DNA of 64,000 nucleotides from Candidatus Babelota bacterium (GTDB lineage Bacteria; Babelota; Babeliae; Babelales; Vermiphilaceae). The notes below the pieces were generated by a model. That model did no database searches. It was not told where the DNA came from and saw only the letters and a program-made list of their open reading frames with translations. The stretch lies in contig JBMOLF010000011.1 of assembly GCA_049325595.1 (NCBI GenBank), positions 12,319-76,318 of the forward strand, read 5' to 3'. How positions within the stretch are numbered: the first letter of the stretch is position 1; every line of letters begins with the position of its first letter. Below, one piece after another: positions 48,588-59,336 of this stretch. A program made the position numbers and the translations under genes.

Positions 48588-50039
48588 TTATAGATTTTTT
48601 AAAAAATTATCAGCTGTTTTCACCAGCGATTTAAGGCGCTCTGGCTTCAAGCGCTTAAGATAAGAGTTCATGATTTTTAGGCGTGGCGTATTATTAATCA
48701 ATTGTTGGTGCTTGTAAATAAAACGCCAAAAAAGTGCATCCCAAATTTCTGCCCAGGGACCATTTTTATAACTACTCATATTCTTTATGTAATTTGAACT
48801 AGAAAAGTATGGTTTTGTGGTCATAAGACCACCATCTGCGTACTGACTCATGCCATAAACATTGGGAATCATCACCCAATCATACGCATCAACAAACAAT
48901 TCCATGAACCATGCATAAACTTCGTTAGGATCTATCTCGCAGAGAAACATAAAATTTCCCAGCACCATTAAGCGTTCAATATGATGAACATACCCATAAG
49001 CAAGCACTTTCTTTATTGAATCGTCTAATGGTTCTATGCCAGTAGTACCTGTATAAAATGATTGAGGCATCTTGCGCGTGAATTTAAAAAAATTAGCATT
49101 TCGTTGCTGATTACCTTTTAGTTGATATACTCCTCGCACAAACTCACGCCAACCAGCTATTTGACGTATAAATCCTTCAAGATTATTTAAGCCTATTGAG
49201 TGTGAACGCGTGTAATCAACTGCTTCTTTTATAACAAAATCGGGCGTAAGTAACCCGGTATTAACCAAAGGTGAAATAAGCGAATGAAAAGTAAAAACCT
49301 CTTCTTTTTCAAAAGCATCCTGGTAATCACCAAAATGCTTGAGTCTGTTTTGTAAAAAATCAGCAAACCAGCTTTTTGCTTGCGAAAAAGTGACAGGGTA
49401 CACAAAATTTTTTGTAGTTCCCGGATTACCAAAAAAATTCTGTTCAACATATTTTTTTGCTTCTTCAACATAGGTGTTAGATCGCGGAATCCAAATTTCA
49501 GGTATAGTTCTGTGCATGGGCAATTTTTTTCTGTTTTGCACATCAAAGCTCCACGCCCCACCAACCGGTTTGTTGTCGGCAACTAATATATTAAAATCTT
49601 TGCGCTGAGCAATGTAAAATCCGCTCATACGAAAATATTTTTGTTTTCCTAGTAAATTTTCAATGCGTTCTTGATCGCATAAAAATGAAGGTGATTGAAA
49701 TACCTCAATTGAAACTTTGTGTTTTTTTGCATCGTTGGTTAGTTGCTTTTCAAGAACAGAATCAAACAGTTCAAGAGTTTTAATAACCTGAATGTTTTTT
49801 TCATGTAAAAAAGAAAAGACTGGCTTGCTATATTCAAAATACTTACAAGAAACACCCTTTTTTTTAAGTTCCTCTTTATAAAAACGCATTGAGGCCCGAT
49901 GCAGCACTAATTTATTTTTATGATAGATAAAATCGGTAAAAAAGCGCGGATGTTCCCACATAATCACCATCTTTTGACTATCAATAAGCGGATGATGTTC
50001 AAACAGCTGATGAGGAAAAACGAGTACAACCTCTTTCAT
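48588..50039 (-). CDS. Bacterial cryptochrome/(6-4) photolyase family protein (BCP type, lacking Fe-S cysteines)
   Basis: FPHQLF, KLVLHRASMR, GGAWSFD..NRK, FGDYQDA, EGFIRQIAGWREF, HHIERLM, DAYDWVM.PNV. Confidence 0.92.
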   Translation of the reverse strand: MKEVVLVFPHQLFEHHPLIDSQKMVIMWEHPRFFTDFIYHKNKLVLHRASMRFYKEELKKKGVSCKYFEYSKPVFSFLHEKNIQVIKTLELFDSVLEKQLTNDAKKHKVSIEVFQSPSFLCDQERIENLLGKQKYFRMSGFYIAQRKDFNILVADNKPVGGAWSFDVQNRKKLPMHRTIPEIWIPRSNTYVEEAKKYVEQNFFGNPGTTKNFVYPVTFSQAKSWFADFLQNRLKHFGDYQDAFEKEEVFTFHSLISPLVNTGLLTPDFVIKEAVDYTRSHSIGLNNLEGFIRQIAGWREFVRGVYQLKGNQQRNANFFKFTRKMPQSFYTGTTGIEPLDDSIKKVLAYGYVHHIERLMVLGNFMFLCEIDPNEVYAWFMELFVDAYDWVMIPNVYGMSQYADGGLMTTKPYFSSSNYIKNMSSYKNGPWAEIWDALFWRFIYKHQQLINNTPRLKIMNSYLKRLKPERLKSLVKTADNFLKNL

Positions 50040-51457
50040 TAACTTCCTCTTGCTGCACGCTGATACATGGCTTTTGTCTTTTGTATCACTTTTGAATGAT
50101 CAATTATAGGTTTTGGATATCCTTTTACAGTAGGGCTATTGGGCTTGTACCAGTTATGAAGCACTCGCGGGTCAACATTTTTGAGTTCCGGCAGCCATTT
50201 TTTAATATAAAGACAATCTTTATCAAATTTTTCTTGCTGAAGCCATGGATTAAAAATTCTAAAGTATGGTGATGCATCGCATCCTGTTGAAGCAACCCAT
50301 TGCCAATTACCATTGTTTACTGCGGGGTCGTAGTCAACCAAATGACGGGCAAAATACTGCTCACCCCATCGCCAATCAATATGCAAATCTTTCACTAAAA
50401 AAGATCCAACAATCATACGTGTACGGTTGTGCATATAACCAGTTTCATTCAGTTGACGCATAGCAGCATCAACAATGGGAAAACCTGTCTGCCCATTACA
50501 CCAACTCTTGAAGAACTTTTCATCATTCTCCCACATTATATGCTCGTATTTTTCATGAAACGCATGGCCAAACACAAAAGGCGAATGGTAGGCTACATGG
50601 GTAAAAAAATCTCGCCAGTAAAGCTGCCTAATTAAAGCATGGTTTGCGCCCAACTCTTTAGCGATCATGTAATAAACTTCTCGTATAGAGACGGTGCCAA
50701 ATTTATTGTGGGCAGACAAATTAGTAGTCGGAATTATCGGATAATCTCGAATTTTAGCATAGTCATGAAATGATTGTAGATTATTAAGAATTGCAATTGC
50801 ATTTTGTCGACCGCCATGAACATGTAAATGCGGATTTTCTTGTTCAAAAATATGATGTTTTATCGATTCTAGAGTTTTACTGTGTGGAATATGGGTTATA
50901 ACCCACCGCGCAGCTGAATCTAATGCTTCTGGCTTTCGTATAGGTATATGTAGCGAAGCTTTAAAAAATGCCGTAAATACGCTAAACGGCGTATTACTTT
51001 GGGTATGGATCACTTCTGGCGCGTTTAACACCGCATCATCGTATTGTTCAAACGCAACGTTGTGGTGATCGCATATTTTTTTTAGCGCTTGATCGCGCTT
51101 GAGTGAAAAGGAAGTGTAATCTTTATTGGTAAATACTGCTTCAATCTTTTCGCTTTCAAGCAGTTTTTCTAGTACTTGAGCTGAATGGCCCATGAAAAAA
51201 TATAAATTTCCGTCCCTTTTTTTAAAGTGAATAGCTAAATCCTCTAGCGATTCAATCATAAATTGAATAGCATTTGCTGAGCGATATTTATTTTTTTCAG
51301 ACACTTGAATAGGATCAAAAATAAAGCAAGGAATCACCTCTTGCGATTTTTTTACGGCAAAGTTAAGTGCTGTGTTATCTTGTAATCGCAAATCTCGCCG
51401 AAAAATCATAAGAGATTTTTTGTATTTGCTTATCATTGTGCACCTCGGTTGAATCAT
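50039..51457 (-). CDS. phrB: CPD DNA photolyase
   Basis: FRRDLRLQDNTAL, WRDFF, GQTGFPIVDAAMRQL, MHNR.RM, NNGNWQW, RIFNP; start may be 51436. Confidence 0.93.
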   Translation of the reverse strand: MIQPRCTMISKYKKSLMIFRRDLRLQDNTALNFAVKKSQEVIPCFIFDPIQVSEKNKYRSANAIQFMIESLEDLAIHFKKRDGNLYFFMGHSAQVLEKLLESEKIEAVFTNKDYTSFSLKRDQALKKICDHHNVAFEQYDDAVLNAPEVIHTQSNTPFSVFTAFFKASLHIPIRKPEALDSAARWVITHIPHSKTLESIKHHIFEQENPHLHVHGGRQNAIAILNNLQSFHDYAKIRDYPIIPTTNLSAHNKFGTVSIREVYYMIAKELGANHALIRQLYWRDFFTHVAYHSPFVFGHAFHEKYEHIMWENDEKFFKSWCNGQTGFPIVDAAMRQLNETGYMHNRTRMIVGSFLVKDLHIDWRWGEQYFARHLVDYDPAVNNGNWQWVASTGCDASPYFRIFNPWLQQEKFDKDCLYIKKWLPELKNVDPRVLHNWYKPNSPTVKGYPKPIIDHSKVIQKTKAMYQRAARGS

Positions 51458-51547
51458 ATTAGAAGAATTATTTTAGCAAAGTAAATAACTCATTGTTTAT
51501 AAAGCCCTGAACATGATAAAAAAAAATAAATTAGGTAAAGGATTACT

Positions 51548-52168
51548 ATGAAAAAAATATTCTTTGTGCTGCTCTTCTGTTGCATGCAGTTAAATTATTC
51601 TATGGAAAATGATCCTAAATTTATAGAAACAAAATACCAACATTGGGATCCCCTTCACCCAGTTGAAGAACCAGCCCAAGAGCCCCATAAAACAGTTACT
51701 TTATTTTTGCAAGCTTTAATGAGTAAACAATTAACTTTTGATAATCAAAAAAAAGCTTTTATTATCAAACATGCACCAGATTCACCACCATCAGCAAGAA
51801 GCTTTGTACAAAAACATGAACAAACGGCTATCTCTTTATATGAAGCAAGTATTATCGTTCGAGGAATTAAAAATAGTTTTTTAGAGCGCAGACCTATAAA
51901 ATTTGATTTAGAAAAAAAACCAATAAATTATAGTCGATCCATTGAAGAGTTTGATGATTTTTACCAAGGATATGATTTATCAAATGTTAAAAATAAATCA
52001 GAAATTTTAGACATAAGAAAACAATTGGTTGAATCAATATCTCAAAAAATTCCCTTATTAATTAGCAAGTTGTTAGAAGCTAATTATACGCTAATGCCCG
52101 CATCAAATCAGAAAATAGAAAAAAAATCACCAAAAAAACATCGCAAATCAAATTGTCACTCACAATAG
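51548..52168 (+). CDS. Hypothetical secreted protein
   Basis: Signal peptide NYS-ME; basic tail. Confidence 0.7.
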   Translation: MKKIFFVLLFCCMQLNYSMENDPKFIETKYQHWDPLHPVEEPAQEPHKTVTLFLQALMSKQLTFDNQKKAFIIKHAPDSPPSARSFVQKHEQTAISLYEASIIVRGIKNSFLERRPIKFDLEKKPINYSRSIEEFDDFYQGYDLSNVKNKSEILDIRKQLVESISQKIPLLISKLLEANYTLMPASNQKIEKKSPKKHRKSNCHSQ

Positions 52169-52349
52169 TCATAACACCTTTTAACAAACCAAAAGAACTT
52201 GATGATTTTAGTAATAATTTCAAAGAAATCCTCACTCGTTAAACTCCTCGGTTATCTATATTAATTAGAATATGCCTTAGGAAAAAAATCTTAAATTATT
52301 TGATGAGCAAAAACATTTAATAGCCAGATTCTCAAGAAAGGAAGTAATT

Positions 52350-53006
52350 ATGTTGCACGATGATTTAGCTATCACATTGGCCGAGAGGAAGTCCTGGGTT
52401 TTAAGGCGACAGTTGGGCATTCCTACTAATAGACGTCTTTTTGTTTTAGCTTGTATGGATGAAAGACTTCCAGTGAATCAAGCATTGGGCATCAATGACG
52501 GAGATGCACATATATTTCGCAATGCTGGGGGACTTGTTACTGATGACGCAATCAGATCAGCAATGCTAACTACCCAATTTTTTGGCACAGAAGAAATTAT
52601 CATCTTGAATCACACTGAATGTGGCATGATGACTGCCACAGGCAAATATTTGGCTGAAAATCTTGAAAAAAGAAATATTAATATTGATTCTGTAATTTTA
52701 AACCCAGCTCTACCTGAACTTAGACTCGAAAATCAAAAAACAAATTTTTCAAAATGGATTCAAATGTTTGAAGATGTTGATGCAACATGTGTGCAACAGG
52801 TTGCCCATTTCAAAAACTCTCAATTAATTCCAAAAAATGTAGTAATTCATGGTTACATTTGGGAGGTTGAAAGTAATAATCTTAGGCGACCTTATGAACA
52901 ATTAAGTCAAAAAGTCAACACTTCAGATCAAATGAAAGGATGCAAAGTATGTCATCGATGCGGATGCCTACACCAACCTGAAGCGGAATGCCGCTGCAAG
53001 GTATAA
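52350..53006 (+). CDS. Beta-class carbonic anhydrase (clade D-like) with Cys-rich tail
   Basis: ACMDERL, RNAGG, HTECGM, GYIWEV. Confidence 0.88.
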   Translation: MLHDDLAITLAERKSWVLRRQLGIPTNRRLFVLACMDERLPVNQALGINDGDAHIFRNAGGLVTDDAIRSAMLTTQFFGTEEIIILNHTECGMMTATGKYLAENLEKRNINIDSVILNPALPELRLENQKTNFSKWIQMFEDVDATCVQQVAHFKNSQLIPKNVVIHGYIWEVESNNLRRPYEQLSQKVNTSDQMKGCKVCHRCGCLHQPEAECRCKV

Positions 53007-53176
53007 GAAAAATGAAAGCTCCTATAGCGTAAGTGAATGATGATTGTTTACTATTATATGCCAGGTTTACAGCTATTTTATTAGAACATTCCATTAATTG
53101 CATATCAATGCCAAATATTGTTATATCTTACTTATGCTGATTTGCTTTTGATAACCAAATCTAACATCTTTTTCTG

Positions 53177-53232
53177 TAGGCCAGATGATAAAAAACCTCT
53201 TTATATAGAGATCTTTTTTTGCATCTAGCCTA
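53177..53232. repeat. Long imperfect inverted repeat between convergent genes (terminator or MITE relic)
   Basis: TAGGC-AGATG-AAAAAA-CTCT ... AGAG-TTTTTT-CATCT-GCCTA. Confidence 0.55.
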
Positions 53233-53307
53233 CTTTTTCAATCTTATTGTTACGCTAGTTAAACTTGAGAGGGCTCATGAATCGAACTGTCATTCCCAAT
53301 AAAATTA

Positions 53308-54279
53308 TTATTCCTTTACTGGATGAACATCAAAATGCCAAATAAATCTAAATGCCCCTGTAACCCCTTGGGTAGTATTTCGCGCGAGCATTTCCCCATA
53401 TAAATAGCCGAGCAATTGAAAAGTATCGGTTACATTGTATAAAAATCCAGGACCTAAGCCTAATACTTGTTCTCTAGAATGAGGAATATTGCTACCACAT
53501 TGTCGATCATCTTTTATTTGTTTTACCAAATAACCACAAAAAGCAATCCACCAATCTTTTTTAAACTCCCATTCCAAGCTAAAATTAAGATTAATTGCAT
53601 CACCTGTTTTAATGTTAGTGCGATGACTTTCTGCCGACCAAATGTAATACAACCGCCACGACAAAGCGAAGCGTCGATGAAAATATAAAGTAGCTGTCCA
53701 ATAGGGCGTTAAATAAAAAAAACCAGCTGCCACATTAAAATATTTTTTCGGCTCTTTATTTCGACCGGTGGGAATATTTACATCAAACTCAAAACGATGC
53801 GCAAATAAAGGGTCTCCATTTTTACGATACATCATAGGCCATTGAATATAGGGACCAAAAGTAGTATCGCCAATGCCTACACCTGAAGAACTAAACTGAC
53901 TATCTCCATTTTTTGTTTTAAAATAAGGCGCAAAAAACATATAAAAAGTAAAACCAGGTTCACCGCCCAAAATTTTTTGAGACCCTTGATAAACCAATGA
54001 AGGAATCACATAAAAAGCTTTAAAATCAGGAGAATTAGGAACTTGTTTTCCAAAAGAATCCATGAGTTTATTAGATTGATAATATTGAAAATAGTGAAAC
54101 CAATAGATACCTGGAGATGGCCGCAATGATCCACCACCTTGAATATTTGATAATCCAAGGTCTTGAGGCGGCAAGCTTGCCATGCCCAACCAAGGCAGGA
54201 AAATTAAAAATAAAATATAAACATTTTTTACAACTCTCATAATGCTTGCCATATTGCCATAATATAAAATTGTTAACAA
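53308..54279 (-). CDS. SphA/COG4313 (phenol MetA-pathway-like) outer-membrane channel
   Basis: PGIYW..YFQYY, GIGD..FGPYIQW, IPTG, GY..KQI.DD, LGPG, terminal beta strand. Confidence 0.8.
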   Translation of the reverse strand: MLTILYYGNMASIMRVVKNVYILFLIFLPWLGMASLPPQDLGLSNIQGGGSLRPSPGIYWFHYFQYYQSNKLMDSFGKQVPNSPDFKAFYVIPSLVYQGSQKILGGEPGFTFYMFFAPYFKTKNGDSQFSSSGVGIGDTTFGPYIQWPMMYRKNGDPLFAHRFEFDVNIPTGRNKEPKKYFNVAAGFFYLTPYWTATLYFHRRFALSWRLYYIWSAESHRTNIKTGDAINLNFSLEWEFKKDWWIAFCGYLVKQIKDDRQCGSNIPHSREQVLGLGPGFLYNVTDTFQLLGYLYGEMLARNTTQGVTGAFRFIWHFDVHPVKE

Positions 54280-54301
54280 GCATTATTATGTTACTTTTAA
54301 A

Positions 54302-55651
54302 TCAATGCATAGGGTTTAAAGATCTACCATATGCACGTTCCAATCGCTCATGCGCCACATGAAGATCATAATATTTCTCAATCAATTTCTTCTCAGCGTA
54401 AAATAAATTTAATTGAGCTTGAAATGCAGTAATCATATTAAGTTGCAAGGTATGAGCATAGGTATATGCATAATCGATCCCTTTTTCATAAGAAGGAATA
54501 ATTACATTATTATATGATTCAATTTCTTTTTTTATCTTATCAATTGATACATATGAATTACGTAATTGCTCTTGTATATCAATTTTAGTAGCCCTAAAAT
54601 CTTTTCTTGCTTTTTCAAACTCAAATTCTGCTTTTGCTATTTGGGCATAATTAGTATCAAAAATAGGTATGGTAAAATTAGCTGCAAAACCAAATCCTCT
54701 AAACGGTCTATCAAAATCTTGTTTATAGGCAGGGCCTATAGTAACATCTTTCCAAATACGTGATTTCTCATATCGTACGGTATGCTCGTATCGTTTCATT
54801 CTATAATTGATTATTTGGATCTCGGGTCGGTACTCAAGCGCATAAGATTCAAGTTCATTTAAAGATGGAACACTGAAATCAGCAAGTATTGTATCAGTAA
54901 GAAGGATCAACTTTGATGATGGAGTAATTCCAAGTACTTTTTTTAAATGTATATAAGCTCTTTTTTGTTGCTCTTCAAGCATAGCAATATTTACTTTAAC
55001 TGATGACAGTTGAGCATCTATATTATACTTGTCAAGATCATCTGAATAACCAAATAATTGTCTATAGTATATTTCATTTTTCAGTTCATTAGTATAAAAT
55101 AAGATTATTTTTTCATTTTCTAGTTGAAGATTTGCATTAACGCAGGCATCATAAGCACATTTGACATTTTCTACGGTATCTAAAATAGTTGTTAAAATGC
55201 GTAACGTAGTAATTTCAAGCTCATCTTCAAAAATTTTTTTTCTAAAAGGAATTTGCCAAAGATCAGATACTGTTCCTGTTAATGCATTTTCAATATTAGT
55301 TTGGGAAGGTACACCTGAAGTAGAAAAACGAAACACATTATTTGTTTGAGGATTTGTATACAAACCAGCTTGTATTAAATCGGCTTTAGCAATACCTAAA
55401 TTTTCAAAATCTGATTGCAATACTGGATTATTCATTAAGGCAATTTCTACCGCTTTTTGCCTGCTTAATCCTTTTGAAAAGCTATCTTTAATAGTTGCTT
55501 CAATATTTTGATCATATCGACTATCATAAATAATTTCTGAGCCAGTAATATTTTTTGTAGTTTTTTTTAATTGATGAAATTCTGGTTCAATATGTACTTT
55601 TTTACATGAAGGAATAATGAAAAACAAAATTATTAATAATGCTTTTTTCAT
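54302..55651 (-). CDS. TolC-family outer-membrane lipoprotein
   Basis: Lipobox-like IPSC; AVEIALMNNP.LQ, A.ADLIQAGLYTNP, IPIFD.N. Confidence 0.88.
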   Translation of the reverse strand: MKKALLIILFFIIPSCKKVHIEPEFHQLKKTTKNITGSEIIYDSRYDQNIEATIKDSFSKGLSRQKAVEIALMNNPVLQSDFENLGIAKADLIQAGLYTNPQTNNVFRFSTSGVPSQTNIENALTGTVSDLWQIPFRKKIFEDELEITTLRILTTILDTVENVKCAYDACVNANLQLENEKIILFYTNELKNEIYYRQLFGYSDDLDKYNIDAQLSSVKVNIAMLEEQQKRAYIHLKKVLGITPSSKLILLTDTILADFSVPSLNELESYALEYRPEIQIINYRMKRYEHTVRYEKSRIWKDVTIGPAYKQDFDRPFRGFGFAANFTIPIFDTNYAQIAKAEFEFEKARKDFRATKIDIQEQLRNSYVSIDKIKKEIESYNNVIIPSYEKGIDYAYTYAHTLQLNMITAFQAQLNLFYAEKKLIEKYYDLHVAHERLERAYGRSLNPMH

Positions 55652-56940
55652 GCATTTACCTTCATGCCATAATCACGGCCTGAAACATCCTGCCCCTGTT
55701 CTAATGGATGTTCCCATTTAGCGTTTGGATCTTTTGGAATTACATGAAAAATGGTAAACATACCACCATGGGGCATAACACCTAAAGGCACATCTGCATG
55801 AGCATTCATGACATGATGTACCCTATGACAATGAAAAAACCACAACCCAGGATTCCAGGCAACAAATTCTACATCACGAGCAGCTCCTGGTGGGACATCC
55901 ACGGTATTACCGGGCCATTGAGCAGATTTAGGAATAGGACCCGCCTCAGTACCAACCGTCCACCAGGTATGGCCATGAATATGAATAGGATGATTATCCA
56001 TACTCATATTAATAAGACGGATTCGAACCCGCTCTCCTTGATTTACGGTAAGAGTAGGAATTGAAGGGGAAGATTTTCCATTAAAGGTAAACCAATTAAA
56101 ATCCATGCTTACCAAATCTGGATCAACATTACCAGGTAAAATACGCCATTCTTGTAACGTAATAACAAATTGTTTATCAATATGATGATCATATTTTTTA
56201 GGATGAATAATAAGGGCTCCCGTTACTCCATACCCTGCTAATTTCATCAAATTAAATTCACCATGATAAAACGCAGTTCCTGATTGATATAGCGTGTACT
56301 CGTAGATCCTCGTTTGACCTGGCATAATTATAGGCTCAGCAAAACCACCAGCACCATCTTGATCATTTGGCAATTCTATGCCGTGTGAATGTACCGAAAG
56401 TGGTTCGGGTAATTCATTAGTAATAACTAAACGAATACGATCGCCTTCATACGCTTCAATAGTTGGTCCTGGACTTGTCCCATTAAAACCCCACGCTCGA
56501 ACTTTTTGCACAATATCCTGATGGTGCAATAAATGGGGAGGAATTTTATTTTTTTCAGGTATTAGTCGATCATAATCAGCGGGTTTGCCATCAGTGATAT
56601 ATTGTTCAATAGGTTGTGCATAAAGACGAAATACCTTAACATTACCATCCATCTCATAGCCAAGCGGTTCAATACCTGGCGTTATGCATACTCCCATTTG
56701 TTTACCGGTTAATGGCGGTTGAGGTGAAGGTTTTATTTTTTGATTAGCCCATGAATAAGAAAATCTTTGCACTGGTTTTTTACTATTTTTTTCTTTTAAC
56801 TGTCGCGGTGTTAATGGTTTTCTATGTTGCAATGGACTTGTGGCAACTGAAACCTTTTTATGATTAAATACAGCATGCGCTTCATGCTGTGCAAAATTTT
56901 TACAAAAATAAAACATAAAAATCACTAAATACTTCTGCAT
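55648..56940 (-). CDS. Two-domain multicopper oxidase
   Basis: GFNGTSPGPTIE, SVHSHG, HPIHIHGH, WFFHCHRVHH.M; start likely MQKYL. Confidence 0.88.
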   Translation of the reverse strand: MQKYLVIFMFYFCKNFAQHEAHAVFNHKKVSVATSPLQHRKPLTPRQLKEKNSKKPVQRFSYSWANQKIKPSPQPPLTGKQMGVCITPGIEPLGYEMDGNVKVFRLYAQPIEQYITDGKPADYDRLIPEKNKIPPHLLHHQDIVQKVRAWGFNGTSPGPTIEAYEGDRIRLVITNELPEPLSVHSHGIELPNDQDGAGGFAEPIIMPGQTRIYEYTLYQSGTAFYHGEFNLMKLAGYGVTGALIIHPKKYDHHIDKQFVITLQEWRILPGNVDPDLVSMDFNWFTFNGKSSPSIPTLTVNQGERVRIRLINMSMDNHPIHIHGHTWWTVGTEAGPIPKSAQWPGNTVDVPPGAARDVEFVAWNPGLWFFHCHRVHHVMNAHADVPLGVMPHGGMFTIFHVIPKDPNAKWEHPLEQGQDVSGRDYGMKVNA

Positions 56941-57135
56941 CCAACTACTCAAGAGAATTGGGTATTTCTATTTTTGCCCTATGCTATCATTACTAAAGAA
57001 CATTTAACAAGATAAGATGCTTTAGATTAGATAAAAGCCTTATCTACCATTAGATAGCTTATTTTTTTCCACATACTTAAAAGCCGATAAGGCAACATGA
57101 TACTTTGTAAGAAAATATCTTGCTAAGAGGATTTC

Positions 57136-59313
57136 ATGAAAAATAACTGCATATGCAGAAAAAAATGTATCTGTTGTATTGCTGAAAAACTAACAATTAA
57201 TTGTGGCTGCGATTTTGAAGCAAAGCAATATGAATATAATATTAATACCAAGCTACTCCATAAAAAACATAAAAAAAACAACCATGAATTCCAACAAATT
57301 AGTCATGAAAATCATGAAGCTTCAATGGCGGATCCAAAGCTTGCAAAAAAAATGGAAAGAGATATAAAGCTTAAATTTTTTATTTCATTATTTTTAACTA
57401 TTCCCATTATTTTATATTCCGAATTAGGGCAAAAAATTTTTGGTTTGGTGTTATGGGCACCTATCCCTATAAACTGGTTGCTTTTCATTTTAACAACACC
57501 CATAGTTTTTTGGACCGGATCACTATTTATTGTCGGAGCTTATTACTCACTTAAAGCAAAAAAGCTAAATATGTCAGTACTTATTACCACTGGCGTATTA
57601 GCGGCTTATTTGTATAGTGTCTTTGCGCTGTTTGCTGCCCAAAAAGAAGTTTTTTTTGATGCAGCAGCCATGTTAGTAACTTTTGTACTATTTGGCCATT
57701 GGATGGAAATGAAGTCACGTCGAGGCACTTCAGAGGCTTTACGGGCTCTTTTTAATTTAGTTCCTCCAATGGCTTCAATTATTAAGGACGGAAAAGAAAT
57801 AAGAATTCCTACTGCAGAGTTAATAATCAATGACATTGTTATTTTAAAACCCGGCGATAAAGTTCCTGTTGATGGTCAGATTATTCAGGGGCAAACCACC
57901 ATTGATGAATCCTTAATAACAGGTGAATCATTGCCAGTAACTAAAAAAATAAATGATTTTGTAATTGGAGGCTCAATTAACAAAACAAGCTCTGTGCAAT
58001 TTAAAGTAACAAAAATAGGAAGCGATACTGTTTTAGCAAATATAATAAAACTTGTTGAACATGCGCAAACCTCAAAAGCTCCTAGCCAAAAATTAGCAGA
58101 CAAAGCTGCTGCGTATCTGGTAATTTTGGCAATTGGTTCAGGGTTAATAACATTTTTTATCTGGCTATTTTTCGGTGCTTTACCAATAACTGCATTAACA
58201 TTTGCAATCTCCGCTGTTGTTATTGCCTGTCCTGATGCCCTTGGACTTGCTACACCAACGGCTGTAGCTGTAGGTACTGGAATTGGGGCAAAAAATAATA
58301 TATTAATCAAAGATGCTACTACTTTAGAACAAGCCTCCAAAATACAAGAAATTGTTCTTGATAAAACAGGAACATTAACCGAAGGTAAACCTGTCGTAAA
58401 TGATATTATTACCATTAAAGAATTTTCTCTAAAAGATGTATTATATTTTACTAGCTCAATTCAAAAATTATCTAGTCATCCCTTTAGTGATGCAATAATG
58501 AAAGAAGCAGAAAAACAAGGTATAAAAGCTTCAAATAATGTGCGTGAATTTAAAATTGCAGAAGGTCATGGGATTGAAGGTTATGTTGACAATAAATATA
58601 TCGTAGCAGGAACTGGCCGGTATCTTAATTCAAAAAATGTTAATTTAGCATCGCTAGAAAAACAAGCCGAGAGATTTATGGCTCAAGGAAAAAGTATTAG
58701 TTTTATTGCTATTGATGGCAAGGGAATAGGATTTATTACTATCTCTGATAAAATACGTGATTCTGCAAAAAAAACTATTCATGAGTTAAAAAAATTAGGA
58801 ATTGGAACAGCAATGATAACTGGGGATCATCTTACTATTGCGCAATCTATTGCAAAAGAATTAGGCATCGAAAAAGTATTTGCCCAAGTCCTTCCTGAAG
58901 ATAAAGCTAATTATGTAAAGAAATTGCAAGATGAAGGCTTTTTTGTTGCTATGGTTGGGGATGGAATAAATGATGCTCCTGCTTTAGCTCAAGCAGATAT
59001 TGGTATTGCAATTGGTGCAGGTACTGATGTTGCTATAGAAGCTGCTGATATCGTTCTTATGAAATCAGATCCCTCTGATATTCTCAAGGCAATTATTCTA
59101 TCTAAAGCAACGGTAAGAAAAATGAAGGAAAATTTATTTTGGGCAGCAATTTACAATATTTTAGCAATTCCTGTAGCAGCAGGGGTTTTTTATAAATCTT
59201 TTGGCTGGTATTTAGCGCCAGAAATTTCAGCACTGCTTATGTCGCTATCATCAATAATCGTTGCAATAAATGCACTTTTGTTAAAAAGAATAGAATCAAA
59301 ATTAAAACACTAA
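57136..59313 (+). CDS. copA: Copper-translocating P1B-type ATPase
   Basis: TGES, IACPDALGLATP, DKTGTLT, HP, GDGINDAP, YN and MSLSS Cu signatures; Cys/His-rich N-terminus. Confidence 0.88.
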   Translation: MKNNCICRKKCICCIAEKLTINCGCDFEAKQYEYNINTKLLHKKHKKNNHEFQQISHENHEASMADPKLAKKMERDIKLKFFISLFLTIPIILYSELGQKIFGLVLWAPIPINWLLFILTTPIVFWTGSLFIVGAYYSLKAKKLNMSVLITTGVLAAYLYSVFALFAAQKEVFFDAAAMLVTFVLFGHWMEMKSRRGTSEALRALFNLVPPMASIIKDGKEIRIPTAELIINDIVILKPGDKVPVDGQIIQGQTTIDESLITGESLPVTKKINDFVIGGSINKTSSVQFKVTKIGSDTVLANIIKLVEHAQTSKAPSQKLADKAAAYLVILAIGSGLITFFIWLFFGALPITALTFAISAVVIACPDALGLATPTAVAVGTGIGAKNNILIKDATTLEQASKIQEIVLDKTGTLTEGKPVVNDIITIKEFSLKDVLYFTSSIQKLSSHPFSDAIMKEAEKQGIKASNNVREFKIAEGHGIEGYVDNKYIVAGTGRYLNSKNVNLASLEKQAERFMAQGKSISFIAIDGKGIGFITISDKIRDSAKKTIHELKKLGIGTAMITGDHLTIAQSIAKELGIEKVFAQVLPEDKANYVKKLQDEGFFVAMVGDGINDAPALAQADIGIAIGAGTDVAIEAADIVLMKSDPSDILKAIILSKATVRKMKENLFWAAIYNILAIPVAAGVFYKSFGWYLAPEISALLMSLSSIIVAINALLLKRIESKLKH

Positions 59314-59336
59314 TGCCTGTATATTGTATTTATAAT

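Noticed and set aside
57885..58415. 176-aa minus-strand ORF and similar antisense ORFs (21226, 25269, 33946, 39413, 40065, 41854, 42790)
   Set aside because: Lie opposite well-supported genes, with no motifs or RBS
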